Shown: positions 40,717-54,900, numbered from the stretch's first letter. The stretch is DNA of 64,000 nucleotides from Macrostomum lignano (GCA_002269645.1 NIVC01000386.1:62001-126000); one strand, 5' to 3'. Numbers and translations: made by a program. Notes: generated by a model from the letters alone, not told the origin.

Positions 40717-42097
40717 TTGACTGACGAAGGCAACAACAAGAGACTTTCGTGCTCAATCTACTTCAAACCCACCGATTCACGCCAGCTTTTAAATCCGGGG
40801 TCTTTTCACCCAAAGCACACTTTCAAAGGTATACTGAAATCTCAGTTCCTCCGTTACGCTCGCCGTTGCACATTTAAAGAAGACTTCGATGAGGCCAGCA
40901 GCAGCTTAACAAGCATCCAGAAGAAACAAGGATATTCTGTCCGCTTAATCAGGGATTCTAAAAAATCTGTCCTCATCCAGCTGGGCCTCTACATTGATGG
41001 TCGGTGGGAGTTCGGCTTCCAGGATTGTGGCAATCTAAGCTGCCGTCCTTGCAGAGAGCACGGGAATTTTGGCCAAGTTTTTTTAGGGTCCAGCGCTACA
41101 AAAATGATTTACAAAATTTGTCAAAAAGTCCGCTGTGACTCCAGGAATGTGGTGTATGCCATTCTGTGCAAGACTTGCAATGACCGCTGTATCTACGTAG
41201 GTGAGACTGGAGGCGCTCTTAAAGTCAGACTTCAGGCTCACCTGAGCGACATCAGACTGGCTAAAGACACCCCAATCTCCAGGCGCTTTCGGTCACCAAA
41301 CCACAGTATTCAGGACCTCCGCTTTATGGGTCTGTGGTACCTCAGTACTGAGTGCCTGACCACTAAAGAGGGCGCTCAACGCAGGCGGAGGGATATGGAG
41401 CAGAAGCTCATCGCTTTACTACAGACCCAGACTCCAGCAGGCTTAAACACCGTCATCACTGAAAAAGACGCCTGCATCCCAATAGTGATCCCTTTCACGG
41501 ACCACTCTGGGCGAATTGTTCATCAAATTGGCACGGCCATTTCGAACCACGCTGCAGAGCTGGATACGGTGGCTGCCTATACTCGCTCACGCTCATTAAA
41601 GGACATTCTATGTCCATCCAATCTGCCCGCCGTAACTAATGGTCAGGCCCGAAACTCAAACCTCCTTTCAGATGAGCACTAGATGTACAGATGTACACAC
41701 GCGTTGCAACGTGCCCGCCCAACCATATTGATTATTTTATTTTATTCGCGTCTTTCTATACTCACTATAAATATTTAACTCTGTTTTAATTTGCCCTTTT
41801 TTTCACAGTTTTTTATTTAAAATATACCCTGACGAAGACCCTGTTTAGGTCGAAAATTCGGTTCTTTTCTTAGAATTAAAGAAATTGTGAATTTGCTTCA
41901 ACTGTGTGCGTGGTTTCATTTCGCATTATCTTCTCCCGGGACCAGTGAAGCAATCTCACAGTTTCCCTATGCCGACCAAAAGCCGAAGCTGGTACAGCTC
42001 GCATCACCGCCAAGCAAGAGTACCTCAACAACCAAACAGTCGTCCACATGGCCAGCAGTACCAAGGTGTGCGTTCGACTGTGAGGCGACTACCTACC
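40717..42097 (+). mobile_element. 5'-truncated Penelope-like retroelement (RT thumb, Cys linker, GIY-YIG endonuclease, 3' pLTR), Neptune-like; ORF 40717-41682
   Basis: IYFKPTDSRQLLNPGSFHPKHTFKGILKSQFLRYARRC (PLE RT thumb); CGNLSCRPC linker; CDSRNVVYAILCKTC..IYVGETG..LKVRLQAH...MEQKLI..LQTQTPAGLN (GIY-YIG). Confidence 0.92.
41826..41862 (+). ncRNA. Probable minimal type I hammerhead ribozyme in the PLE pLTR
   Basis: ACC-CUGACGA-A-GACC-cuguuua-GGUC-GAA-AAUU-C-GGU; core and stem II good, palindromic AAUU stem III, stem I only 3 bp; position typical for PLEs. Confidence 0.55.
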
Positions 42098-43553
<1,456 letters not shown>

Positions 43554-43573
43554 GATAGATAGATAGATAGGCT

Positions 43574-44211
43574 TTGGCTTTCCAGCTGCCTTAATCGTTT
43601 CCGGTGATCTTGTGTGCGTGCTTACAGCTTGATTGGCTGCGGCGCTCGCTCTTTCTCGCTATCTACTATCTATAGCCAGGACCTGCACCGGAGCGGTTAC
43701 GAAAATTAGATTTCTCGGTAGTTGCACGTACTCTTTTGCACTACTTGAGTAGTCTGATTTTCGTTCGGCATGGCTGGTTCCAGCAGGTAGTTCCTCTGGA
43801 TAAAAGCGCTTACCGCGCCCATTGGCTTTCCAGCTGCCTTAATCGTTTCCGGTGATCTTGTGTGCGTGCTTTCAGCTTGATTGGCTGCGGCAAGCAAGCT
43901 CGAAAGAGCTCGCTTCGCTCGCTCTTTCTCACTATCTACTATCTATAGCCAGGACCTGCACCGGAGCGGTTACGAAAATTAGATTTCTCGGTAGTTGCAC
44001 GTACTCTTTTGCACTACTTGAGTAGTCTGATTTTCGTTCGGCATGGCTGGTTCCAGCAGGTAGTTCCTCTGGATAAAAGCGCTTACCGCGCCCATTGGCT
44101 TTCCAGCTGCCTTAATCGTTTCCGGTGATCTTGTGTGCGTGCTTTCAGCTTGATTGGCTGCGGCAAGCAAGCTCGAAAGAGCTCGCTTCGCTCGCTCTTT
44201 CTCGCTATCTA

Positions 44212-44216
<5 letters not shown>
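43574..44216. repeat. 273-bp tandem repeat, about 2.4 copies, ending in a (TCTA)n tract to ~44265
   Basis: TTGGCTTTCCAGCTGCC at 43574, 43822 and 44095; first copy has a 25-bp deletion. Confidence 0.93.
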
Positions 44217-44265
<49 letters not shown>

Positions 44266-44920
44266 GTCTCACTCTTCCCTATTGAACTGGCCAACAAATT
44301 GCACTTTTTGTCCTCCCAGTTTCTGACTGGGCGATTTTTGACAGGGATTGATTTATCCTCAACTTTCGGGAGGGAAGTGCGAGAGCCATGGAAATCCTCC
44401 TGTTTTTCTGAAGCTCTGAGCCTAGTGAGCCTTTATTGTTTTTTTTACTTTGAGGTCAGCAGCTGAAGATGAGGCGGGGATGCTGGACCCGTGCCGCTTT
44501 CCGTCTCTCGCCCTTAGCAGTCTAAATTTATCCGGTTCTGCAGGAAAAGTCGCGACTCAAAACTCAGGTGGGAAAACATGTTTTCGAGCCTCCCTTCCCG
44601 CCCAAAGACAAACTCGATAATCAGAGGCTCGGTCTGAGCGACTTTCGCCTCTGGCTCAGAGAAATTTTTGCGGGTGGGCGACTCGCAGCTGGCCAAATGC
44701 ACCGAGATGCCCAGGGCTGCCTGCGTGATTTCAGGATCTGCACCACTCGGGTTGCATAGAAGGGCTGAATTGAAACATGGCATCCAAGGGGCAAAATGGT
44801 GATTAAAGTATTATTTTCCAGTTAACTGATCGCGCCAGTGGCAATACAATGGATTGCTAGCCTAGCCTACACGAGTGCAGGATCCGACCCGAGACCATCC
44901 GCAGCCGTGCCGGAACTCAC

Positions 44921-45049
44921 CATGAGGATCACGATGGCCCTGTCGTTCCCGAGGCTCCTCAGCTTGCGCAGCGAAATCAAACTGAAGGCGGTTTTCGGTA
45001 GCCAGCCGAGAAAGAAGACCAGCATGACCACCAGCAGCATGATGATGAT
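44921..45049 (-). CDS. Multi-exon GPCR, exon 5 (TM6-ECL3)
   Basis: Acceptor CCCGCAG|ATC; IIIMLLVVMLVFFLGWLPKTAFSLISLRKLRSLGNDRAIVILM; donor ATG|GTGAGT; 43 codons, phase 0/0. Confidence 0.88.
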
Positions 45050-45943
45050 CTGCGGGACATTGCCGCGGGGTTTTTGCGACCGTGAGTCATTTTCTATTGT
45101 TGTGGTCGTGGTCGCTATTTTGGTTTACTTGTTGATAACGTTGTTACTATTGTCATTTTTGCTGTTTTCGTTGCTGTTGTTGCTATGATATTTCTCCCAA
45201 CATTTTAGTAAATATTTCGGAGCACCTGCAGTTTCGATGTTGACTTGTTTAACCAGCTGATTCACGTGATTTTGTGATTCATACCAGCTGAGTCATGTGA
45301 CACCACTTCGGGATATTATTGTCTGCTCAAGAGAGGAGTTTCAGTTTTCCTGCCTTCCCGAATGTCGCTGACATTCGAGATGAACTCGGGGCAGTCGCTA
45401 CTGTGAGTCTTGAATGATGGGGCGAAACAAAGGAAGCTGCATTGCAAGGTGAGTATTAGGGGAAGCCTCGCGCTGGCACAAGCTTATTCAGCCCACCCTG
45501 ATCAAGTGAGGCTAGAGAGTGTAGCAGCAAAACTGCAAAGTTTCCCAATTTGTTTTTAACTTGATTTGCTTCAAGAGCCAAGCCAATTAATTTGAGTCTC
45601 AGCTCAGAGTCGGTTGAAAAATTTGAGATTTGCAACGGGTCATCTGTGACCCGCCACTGAGCTTTTGGGAGACAATCAATGGGATCTTTTTTGTCCTTCC
45701 TTCTCACTCTCCGTTAATCTTTCTGTTGTTTATCAAGAACACAAAACAAATCTCCAAGGACTGCGGAAGGCGTTAATTTGATTGCTATGAATTCAAGTAA
45801 ACAAGTCTTTTAGTGATCGGTGTCAGAGTGGCGACTGTCTTGCCTGCTCAATATTGCAGAGGCCCACAAAAATATTCCCATAGGGCTGCTCGGACTCGAT
45901 GGCAGAGAATAGCTTTCCAGCTGCCTTGTTTATCCCCAGCTGC

Positions 45944-47262
45944 TCTCCTCACTGCTCTTCTCACTGCTCTTCTCACTGCTCTCCTCACTGCTCTCCTCAC
46001 TGCTCTCCTCACTGCTCTCCTCACTGCTCTCCTCACTGCTCTCCTCACTGCTCTCCTCACTGCCCTCCTCACTGCTCTTCTCACTGCTCTTCTCACTGCT
46101 CTTCTCACTGCTCTTCTCACTGCTCTCCTCGCTGCTCTCTTCACTGCTCTCCTCACTGCTCTTCTCACTGCTCTCCTCACTGCTCTCCTCACTGCTCTTC
46201 TCACTGCTCTTCTCACTGCTCTCCTCACTGCTCTCCTCACTGCCCTCCTCACTGCTCTCCTCACTGCTCTTCTCACTGCTCTTCTCACTGCTCTTCTCAC
46301 TGCTCTCCTCACTGCTCTCCTCACTGCTCTCCTCACTGCTCTTCTCACTGCTCTTCTCACTGCTCTTCTCACTGCTCTCCTCACTGCTCTCCTCACTGCT
46401 CTCCTCACTGCTCTCCTCACTACTCTCCTCACTGCTCTCCTCACTGCTCTTCTCACTGCTCTCCTCACTGCCCTCCTCACTGCTCTTCTCACTGCTCTCC
46501 TCACTGCTCTCCTCACTGCTCTCCTCACTGCCCTCCTCACTGCTCTCCTCACTGCTCTTCTCACTGCTCTTCTCACTGCTCTCCTCACTGCTCTCCTCAC
46601 TGCTCTTCTCACTGCTCTCCTCACTGCTCTTCTCACTGCTCTTCTCACTGCTCTTCTCACTGCTCTTCTCACTGCTCTCCTCACTGCTCTCCTCACTGCC
46701 CTCCTCACTACTCTCCTCACTGCTCTCCTCACTGCTCTTCTCACTGCTCTCCTCACTGCTCTCCTCACTGCTCTCCTCACTGCTCTCCTCACTGCTCTCC
46801 TCACTGCCCTCCTCACTGCTCTCCTCACTGCTCTTCTCACTGCTCTTCTCACTGCTCTCCTCACTGCTCTCCTCACTGCTCTTCTCACTGCTCTCCTCAC
46901 TGCTCTTCTCACTGCTCTTCTCACTGCTCTTCTCACTGCTCTTCTCACTGCTCTCCTCACTGCTCTCCTCACTGCCCTCCTCACTACTCTCCTCACTGCT
47001 CTCCTCACTGCTCTTCTCACTGCTCTCCTCACTGCTCTCCTCACTGCTCTCCTCACTGCTCTCCTCACTGCTCTCCTCACTGCCCTCCTCACTACTCTCC
47101 TCACTGCTCCCCTCACTACTCTCCTCACTGCTCTCCTCACTGCCCTCCTCACTGCCCTCCTCACTGCTCTTCTCACTGCTCTCCTCACTACTCTCCTCAC
47201 TGCTCCCCTCACTACTCTCCTCACTGCTCTCCTCACTGCCCTCCTCACTGCCCTCCTCACTG
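45944..47262. repeat. 12-bp minisatellite (CTCACTGCTCTC/T)
   Basis: About 110 copies with a few single-base variants. Confidence 0.98.
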
Positions 47263-47860
47263 CGCCCCTGCCTCTGACACCCCGGTTTCGGCTTGTCCCA
47301 AACTATTTAGAAATTCGACGAATTCTCGAGTTTCATTCTGCCAGCCAGCACAACTCGCAGCTCAGGACTGCGGCATCGAGTATTGAGCAGAGCGCCTTGC
47401 TCAAATTTCTTACTGGCACATGCAACTGTCCGAAACTTCATCCCTCCGGTCAGAAGCTGTTTTTCAGAATATGAGAAAGCTGCTCAATTCAGAGCAAAAT
47501 GAGCAACAAAAATTGTTGCTTTGCTTACAGAATCCAGGAAACCAAAATTCTTTTTCCACACTTTTTGAGTTTTTAGGTAGGGCGACGATTAATAATTCAT
47601 AAATCCGCTAAATCCGTCTGGCCCCGGCAACATGTCTTCACGCGCGCCACTCATCATTTCGGGTGCACGAGCGATCTAAAAGTACATCACACCGCCCGAA
47701 GCCAGCCAAGAAGAATTCGGGCTAAACTGAAGTCCTTCTGCTCGAACAGCTGAGTTTGGCGAATCTTCTTAACCGGCTAATTTGTCTCGGATTCCCAGGT
47801 GGGCTGTCTTTAATTCGTCATGGCATGAAAGCTTGGGGGATCAAATTGTAATTAACTCAC

Positions 47861-48140
47861 CTGCTTCCGCTTCTCAACATTGGGATTTCGCTTGCTGGAC
47901 TCCCGGCGCTGCTGCTGCAGGTGCTGGCGCAGCGAAGCCGCCCCGTCGCTACCGTTGTTCAGCCTGGTTGGGACATCATCTTCAGCAGCCGCAGCCTCTT
48001 CGATGCACCGGACCTGCAGGCCAGCGCCTGGGACCGCCGAGCGACGGCTGGACGACGCCCGCAACTGGCCGGTGCTGCCGGTGCGAGGGGAGCGGCGCGG
48101 TTTCATCAATTCCAATGTGCTCAGTGAATGCAACTCAAGC
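47861..48140 (-). CDS. Multi-exon GPCR, exon 4 (ICL3); 5' boundary uncertain (48140, or 49247 if the outer acceptor is used)
   Basis: LELHSLSTLELMKPRRSPRTG...ESSKRNPNVEKRKQ, donor CAG|GTGAGT in phase 0 joins to IIIMLL; phase-2 acceptor CACAG|G. Confidence 0.7.
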
Positions 48141-49221
48141 CTGTGACTCGATTTCATCAATTCCAATGTGCTCAGTGAATGCAACTCAAGCCTGTGACTC
48201 GGTTTCATCAAATCCAATGTGCTCAGTGAATGCAACTCAAGTCTGTGACTTGGTTTCATCAATTCCAATGTGCTCAGTGAATGCAACTCAAGCCTGTGAC
48301 TCGGTTTCATCAAATCCAATGTGCTCAGTGAATGCAACTCAAGCCTGTGACTCGGTTTCATCAAATCCAATGTGCTCAGTGAATGCAACTCAAGCCTGTG
48401 ACTCGGTTTCATCAAATCCAATGTGCTCAGTGAATGCAACTCAAGCCTGTGACTCGGTTTCATCAATTCCAATGTGCTCAGTGAATGCAACTAAAGCCTG
48501 TGACTCGATTTCATCAATTCCAATGTGCTCAGTGAATGCAACTAAAGCCTGTGACTCGATTTCATCAATTCCAATGTGCTCAGTGAATGCAACTCAAGCC
48601 TGTGACTCGGTTTCATCAAATCCAATGTGCTCAGTGAATGCAACTCAAGCCTGTGACTCGAGTTCATCAATTCCAATGTGCTCAGTGAATGCAACTCAAG
48701 CCTGTGACTCGAGTTCATCAAATCCAATGTGCTCAGTGAATGCAACTCAAGCCTGTGACTCGGTTTCATTAAATCCAATGTGCTCAGTGAATGCAACTCA
48801 AGCCTGTGACTCGGTTTCATCAATTCCAATGTGCTCAGTGAATGCAACTCAAGCCTGTGACTCGGTTTCATCAATTCCAATGTGCTCAGTGAATGCAACT
48901 CAAGCCTGTGACTCGAGTTCATCAATTCCAATGTGCTCAGTGAATGCAACTCAAGCCTGTGACTCGGTTTCATCAAATCCAATGTGCTCAGTGAATGCAA
49001 CTCAAGCCTGTGACTCGGTTTCATCAAATCCAATGTGCTCAGTGAATGCAACTCAAGCCTGTGACTCGGTTTCATCAATTCCAATGTGCTCAGTGAATGC
49101 AACTCAAGTCTGTGACTCGGTTTCATCAATTCCAATGTGCTCAGTGAATGCAACTCAAGCCTGTGACTCGGTTTCATCAATTCCAATGTGCTCAGTGAAT
49201 GCAACTCAAGCCTGTGACTCG
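48100..49221. repeat. 51-bp minisatellite, about 22 copies, overlapping the exon-4 acceptor
   Basis: Unit GTTTCATCAATTCCAATGTGCTCAGTGAATGCAACTCAAGCCTGTGACTCG. Confidence 0.97.
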
Positions 49222-50023
49222 GCCCACGACATTTGACTGACATCTTTCTGTTTTTCAAATTGGTTTGTTATAAATAAAACGAAATCTTCACAAACCCTGT
49301 CTGCCTACTTGCTAAGAGCTGTGGAACAGATGTTAAGCCCCAGATGAAAGTATCTCCAACTATTAAATTAGTTGAGTTCAATGGAAAACAGCCAGACTGC
49401 AAATGAAAATGCAAAACTGCCAGGTAAAACTGATGGATCACAAAAATAGTTCTGCATTCCGCCAGGCCATCAGCTGGGCAGCCCAGTTTCGGTTTGCTAA
49501 TGAGGCGCCCACCACCCCGGGGGGGGGGGGCTGAGCGATCGCCCACTGCACTGAATCTTCCGTATTTTGCCAGTTTATCACCTCCCGCAGCCTCTGCTAG
49601 CCGCCTCACATCAGCTCCCATCACCACTCATCCCAACTCTGCAGCTCCTTCCACAGGACTAACAAGAATTTGAGTTTCACTCACTAATTCCCCTCTCTCC
49701 CCCTTTCCTCATCAGCCCGCAGGTAACCCGAAATATGCTCCCAGAGCTGAGTGCCAAGCTTTCTAATCCCAGCTGCGCCTTCCGACATTTATCTGGCGGA
49801 GTCGATCGCCCCTTCAGCTCCCCTTATCGCTGTTCCCGATCTCTTCTAAAATCTTGCTCGGCTAGCCATAGGCGGACTGGACAAGCTGGCTATTGTGTGC
49901 CGAGCTTTTGCAAAGGCTGGACAATGGGCAGCTAGATAATCCTCCCTCCCATTCTCACCGGCTGCCTCTCAGCTCAATTTGAATTTTGAGCAGCCAGCAG
50001 GCAGAATTTTCCCTTGCCTTTGA

Positions 50024-50331
50024 GATTGCTCAGCATTGAGATTGCTCAGCATTGGGATTGCTCAGCATTGGGATTGCTCAGCATTGGGATTGCTCAGCAT
50101 TGGGATTGCTCAGCATTGGGATTGCTCAGCATTGGGATTGCTCAGCATTGGGATTGCTCAGCATTGGGATTGCTCAGCATTGGGATTGCTCAGCATTGGG
50201 ATTGCTCAGCATTGGGATTGCTCAGCATTGGGATTGCTCAGCATTGGGATTGCTCAGCATTGGGATTGCTCAGCATTGGGATTGCTCAGCATTGGGATTG
50301 CTCAGCATTGGGATTGCTCAGCATTGGGATT
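50024..50331. repeat. 16-bp minisatellite (CAGCATTGGGATTGCT)
   Basis: Direct reading. Confidence 0.96.
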
Positions 50332-50384
50332 TCTGAGCTTTGACTGATCTATCTACATGTCTATCTACAATATATAACCACACA

Positions 50385-50795
50385 GAGATACATCTACAGT
50401 GAGATCTATCTACAGTGAGATCTATCTACAGTGATATCTATCTACAGTGAGATCTATCTACAGTGAGATCTATCTACAGTGAGATCTATCTACAGTGAGA
50501 TCTATCTACAGTGAGATCTATCTACAGTGAGATCTATCTACAGTGAGATCTATCTATAGTGGGATCTATCTACAGTGAGATCTATCTACAGTGAGATCTA
50601 TCTACAGTGGGATCTATCTACAGTGAGATCTATCTACAGTGGGATCTATCTACAGTGAGATCTATCTACAGTGAGATCTATCTACAGTGAGATCTATCTA
50701 TAGTGGGATCTATCTACAGTGAGATCTATCTACAGTGAGATCTATCTACAGTGGGATCTATCTACAGTGAGATCTATCTACAGTGGGATCTATCT
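50385..50795. repeat. 16-bp minisatellite (GAGATCTATCTACAGT)
   Basis: Direct reading; begins just inside the exon-3 donor. Confidence 0.96.
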
Positions 50796-50810
50796 GCTAG
50801 AGTTTCTCAC

Positions 50811-51052
50811 TCCTGCTCGCCGCGCCTGAACTGCCGGGTGCTGAACCACAGCTTCTTGATGACGCAGCTGTAGGCGAACAGCAGGATGCAGAAGGGCAGG
50901 GCGAACAGCAGGATGCAGTGCAGCAGGAAGTACATCTGGATGCCCCGCTGGCCGTAGCTGGCCGGCAGCGGCAGCCGCACAATGCAGTTGTTGACGGTCC
51001 AGAGCACGTCCGACATGGAGCTGCTGGTTGAGTACAGCGTGCGGTTCAACAT
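50811..51052 (-). CDS. Multi-exon GPCR, exon 3 (ECL2-TM5)
   Basis: Acceptor TTCCAG|ATG in phase 0; NCIVRL...YFLLHCILLFALPFCILLFAYSCVIKKLW; donor GA|GTGAGA in phase 2. Confidence 0.88.
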
Positions 51053-51125
51053 CTGGAAGCAAGCCAGGGGCAGATATCTAGGGTCTTAACGGCTCTAGCA
51101 GTGAGATCTACTCGCATCCAGATCT

Positions 51126-51300
51126 CAATAGAGTGCAATAGAGTGCAATAGAGAGCAATAGAGTGCAATAGAGATCAATAGAGTGCAATAGAGTGCAATA
51201 GAGTGCAATAGAGTGCAATAGAGTGCAATAGAGTGCAATAGAGTGCAATAGAGTGCAATAGAGTGCAATAGAGTGCAATAGAGTGCAATAGAGTGCAATT
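51126..51300. repeat. 10-bp minisatellite (GAGTGCAATA) filling GPCR intron 2
   Basis: Direct reading. Confidence 0.95.
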
Positions 51301-51312
51301 GAACGTACTCAC

Positions 51313-51436
51313 CGAGGACACGGCAGCAATTAGGGCCAGGATGGCAGCGAAAAGCCAGGTGCTGAGGATCACCAGGGTGCCGCGTGTCTTCGTGATGATG
51401 GAGCGGGCCTTCAGCGGGTGGATCACCACGATGTAG
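51313..51436 (-). CDS. Multi-exon GPCR, exon 2 (ICL2-TM4)
   Basis: Acceptor CCCGCAG|C; YIVVIHPLKARSIITKTRGTLVILSTWLFAAILALIAAVSS; donor TCG|GTGAGT. Confidence 0.88.
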
Positions 51437-51510
51437 CTGCGGGTTGGCGCGGGCGGCCGGGCGGAAATTCCATAGAAGCACCGGAAATACAGGCGAAATG
51501 CATGTTGGTT

Positions 51511-51615
51511 ACAGACTCACAATGATGATTACAGACTCACAATGATGATTACAGACTCACAATAATGATTACAGACTCGCAGTGATTGCAGCTGCTCATT
51601 GATGATTACAGACTC
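51511..51615. repeat. 20-bp degenerate tandem (ACAGACTCACAATGATGATT)
   Basis: About 4-5 copies. Confidence 0.8.
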
Positions 51616-52109
51616 ATGGTAATGATTACAGCTACCATCAAGGATGACTGCCCCCCATTAATAACTTCTGACGCAATCCCAGATCCAGAATAATTCCTCA
51701 AATTACTATAATTGATCCGCATCATAGCGGAGAAAATCATTTGCGCCGAGTTGTCCCCACAAACCCTGGCAGCTGCATCCCCTGTTTCCTTTGCCCGTCG
51801 TCCCAGCTCAAATTCTTTCCGAAAGTCCTGTCTCAAAGCTTCGGCTCTCGCCTCGCTACAAAAGGACGAAATTCGCTAGGAAACTGGCAGATTGCGGGCC
51901 TCAAAGGTTGACTTGACGGAGTTGCGTGCCGCCAGACAGGCTGCGAATGCAGTTAAAAGCAAAGTCTGCAACAAAAATTGCTGCTTTCGGCTTTAACCGC
52001 GCCCTGCTGAAACAAAGCAGATTCGCTGGCGCCAGAAAGGCGGGGCGTGTGTATTTCATTATTGCCGAGCTCAAAACAAAAACGCTACAGAGGGGAGTCA
52101 GGAAGCCTG

Positions 52110-52541
52110 TCAGCTGTTGTTGCAGACCTCCTCAAAGTCGCTGGGCAGGCTGCCGAGGCTCGAGTAGGTGCTCGTGTCATCCTCCGAGTTCCTCGAGCCG
52201 CCGGCCGGCGAGGCGGAGCTCCGGCGCCGCTGCTGCTGGCGCTCGCGGTGCCGCTTCAGCAGGCGGGCGGGCGGCAGGTCGGCGCCGAGCGGCACGTTGC
52301 CCACCGACTGGGCATCGGCGGCGCCGCCGGCTGGCGCCAGGCGCTTGAATTGGCGGCGCTCGGGCGAATTCGAACTGAGCAGCAGCTGCTCCAGCTGCTG
52401 CTCGGCGTCATCTACGGCGGCCGCGGCTGCGGCTCCAGTGGTGGCCTGCGACCGGCCGAGATTCTGCCTGCGGCTGCCGCCCGGGCTGCCCGAGACGGCG
52501 GAGGGCAACTTGACGGCGTCGGAGGAGGCGGCGTCGGTCAT
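52110..52541 (-). CDS. Uncharacterised 143-aa low-complexity ORF inside GPCR intron 1
   Basis: CATCGCC-ATG context; strongly GC3-biased codons; Ala/Ser/Arg/Gln-rich; no domain recognised. Confidence 0.55.
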   Translation of the reverse strand: MTDAASSDAVKLPSAVSGSPGGSRRQNLGRSQATTGAAAAAAVDDAEQQLEQLLLSSNSPERRQFKRLAPAGGAADAQSVGNVPLGADLPPARLLKRHRERQQQRRRSSASPAGGSRNSEDDTSTYSSLGSLPSDFEEVCNNS

Positions 52542-52730
52542 GGCGATGGTGGGATCGGCTTGGCTGCGCCTTCTTTGCCTGCTCAGCTTTCAGTGCTCAG
52601 CCTCAGTAGAGCGAGGCTTTGAGCTTGCAGGAAATTATTGCCATAGACAGTTTGGACATGCACTTTTAACTAAGCTGAGTGCGTGTTGAGAAGTCGGCGG
52701 TTAAGACGAAGATCAAAGCAACGTTTGATT

Positions 52731-53233
52731 CCATTAGCATTATCTTTTTAGCTAGACTAGCAATCCAATCTTCTCAATCACTCACATTGGCTAGACTAGC
52801 AATCCAATCTTCTCAATCACTCACATTGGCTAGACTAGCAATCCAATCTTCTCAATCACTCACATTGGCTAGACTAGCAATCCAATCTTCTCAATCACTC
52901 ACATTGGCTAGACTAGCAATCCAATCTTCTCAATCACTCACATTGGCTAGACTAGCAATCCAATCTTCTCAATCACTCACATTGGCTAGACTAGCAATCC
53001 AATCTACTCCTTCACTCACATTGGCTAGACTAGCAATCCAATCTACTCCTTCACTCACATTGGCTAGACTAGCAATCCAATCTTCTCAATCACTCACATT
53101 GGCTAGACTAGCAATCCAATCTACTCCTTCACTCACATTGGCTAGACTAGCAATCCAATCTACTCCTTCACTCACATTGGCTAGACTAGCAATCCAATCT
53201 ACTCCTTCACTCACATTGGCTAGACTAGCAATC
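52731..53233. repeat. 39-bp minisatellite (GGCTAGACTAGCAATCCAATCTTCTCAATCACTCACATT), two variants
   Basis: Direct reading. Confidence 0.96.
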
Positions 53234-54149
53234 CACGATTTCCAGTGAACAGATTTGTCCCGTTTTCAGCCGCAAGAAAGTTAATGTCGGACAGCCTGTT
53301 CTTTAAATTCCGAGCAACAATTCGACCTTTAGGCGGTCTCAGTTGCAGAATCTCTGTCAACTGAGCGTGAAGCCGCTCTGTCAAACAGCTGGAGGAGTTT
53401 CTTAGAAATTCTCTTTCTGCCCCTAATGCGAGGCGGGGCCGTCAGGCGATTCTTCATCGCACCGCACCGTCTGCGAGTTGAACAATTATGTCTGAGCTTG
53501 GAGCAGCCCGGATCCTCCGTTGAGCCATTAATTGGCGCCCAACCCCCCCCCTCCCCCGCTTCCTCTCAGCCGCTGGGGGGGGGACTGAGCTGCAGTAAAG
53601 AAAATTTCCTATAATAACTCCCGCACTCTCGGCTTCATCATCCCAGACTGGAAAGTTTTCTTCTCCTAGAGGAAATTAAACTTGAGGCAGATAATTGTTG
53701 CAGACTGCGGGAGTCACGGCAGTCGGCAGATGCCGCTTGGGGGCCTCTGGCTGGCACTCTGAGGCAGTGGAAATATCTGCCAGTAATTGGAAATTCCATT
53801 AGGGTAGGCGCAACCTGAGCTCAGGAAGGCTATCGCACCCGATTTCTACTCTTTCATCAAAGCAGGTAATTTACGAGGGGGAAGGGCTTGTGAGCATGGG
53901 AGCAACGCCCACTAATTACGCATTGCTCATTCAGCGGTGGCTGCTGGGCAGCTCAGCGGCTTCTAACCTTCGCGCCAGAGTACCTGAGTTCGATTCCGCT
54001 CGCTCTGATGAGAGAAAAACTCAGGGCGGCTGCACACCCTGTGTGAGCATCCGTGTGCTCAGGGGTCAGCGGGATGGCCCATGCAACAAAGGAATCGAAG
54101 CTGGGCCAGTTTTGGTGCGACGGCACACGCAGGCGACATCTTTCCACAG

Positions 54150-54900
54150 ATTCTTTTCAGTATCTCCTCAAATTATCCTCAAATTATCCTCAAATTATCT
54201 TCAGAATCTCCTCAGATTCTCTCTAGATTTTCATCAGCTTCTCTTCAGCTTCTCCTCAGCTTCTTCTCAGCTTCTTCTCAGATTCTCCTCAGATTCTCCT
54301 CAGATTCTCCCCAGATTATTCTCAGCTTCTCCTCAGATTCTCCCCAGATTCTCCCCAGATTCTCCTCAGATTCTCCCCAGATTCTCCCCAGATTCTCCTC
54401 AGCTTCTCCTCAGATTCTCCCCAGATTCTCCTCAGCTTCTCCTCAGATTCTCCCCAGATTCTCCTCAGCTTCTCCTCAGATTCTTCTCAGCTTCTCCTCA
54501 GATTCTCCTCAGCTTCTCCTCAGACTCTCTTCAGCTTCTCCTCAGCTTCTCCTCAGATTCTCCCCAGATTCTCCTCAGCTTCTCCTCAGACTCTCTTCAG
54601 CTTCTTCTCAGATTCTCCTCAGCTTCTCCTCAGACTCTCTTCAGCTTCTTCTCAGCTTCTCCTCAGATTCTCCTCAGCTTCTCCTCAGACTCTCTACAGC
54701 TTTTTCTCAGATTCTCCTCAGATTCTTCCCAGATTTTTCTAAAATTTTCTTAAGATTCTCCAAAAAATTCTTCAGACCCTAGTATCTCCATCAGATTCTT
54801 CAAAAATTTTCTTCAGATTCTCCCCAGTATCTCCCCAGCATTCTCTCATTCAGATTCTCCTCAGATTCTCCTCAGATTATCTTCAGACTCTCCTCAGATT
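54150..54900. repeat. 11-bp degenerate minisatellite (TTCTCCTCAGA)
   Basis: Direct reading. Confidence 0.92.

Noticed and set aside
53946-54005. tRNA gene
   Set aside because: A-box-like and B-box (GAGTTCGATTCC) motifs are present, but no complete cloverleaf can be built; at most a SINE head.
54004-54030. Third hammerhead (CTGATGA-GAG-aaaaa-CTC)
   Set aside because: No GAAA follows stem II. Similar partial cores at ~8617, ~33188 and ~61405 also lack the required stems.
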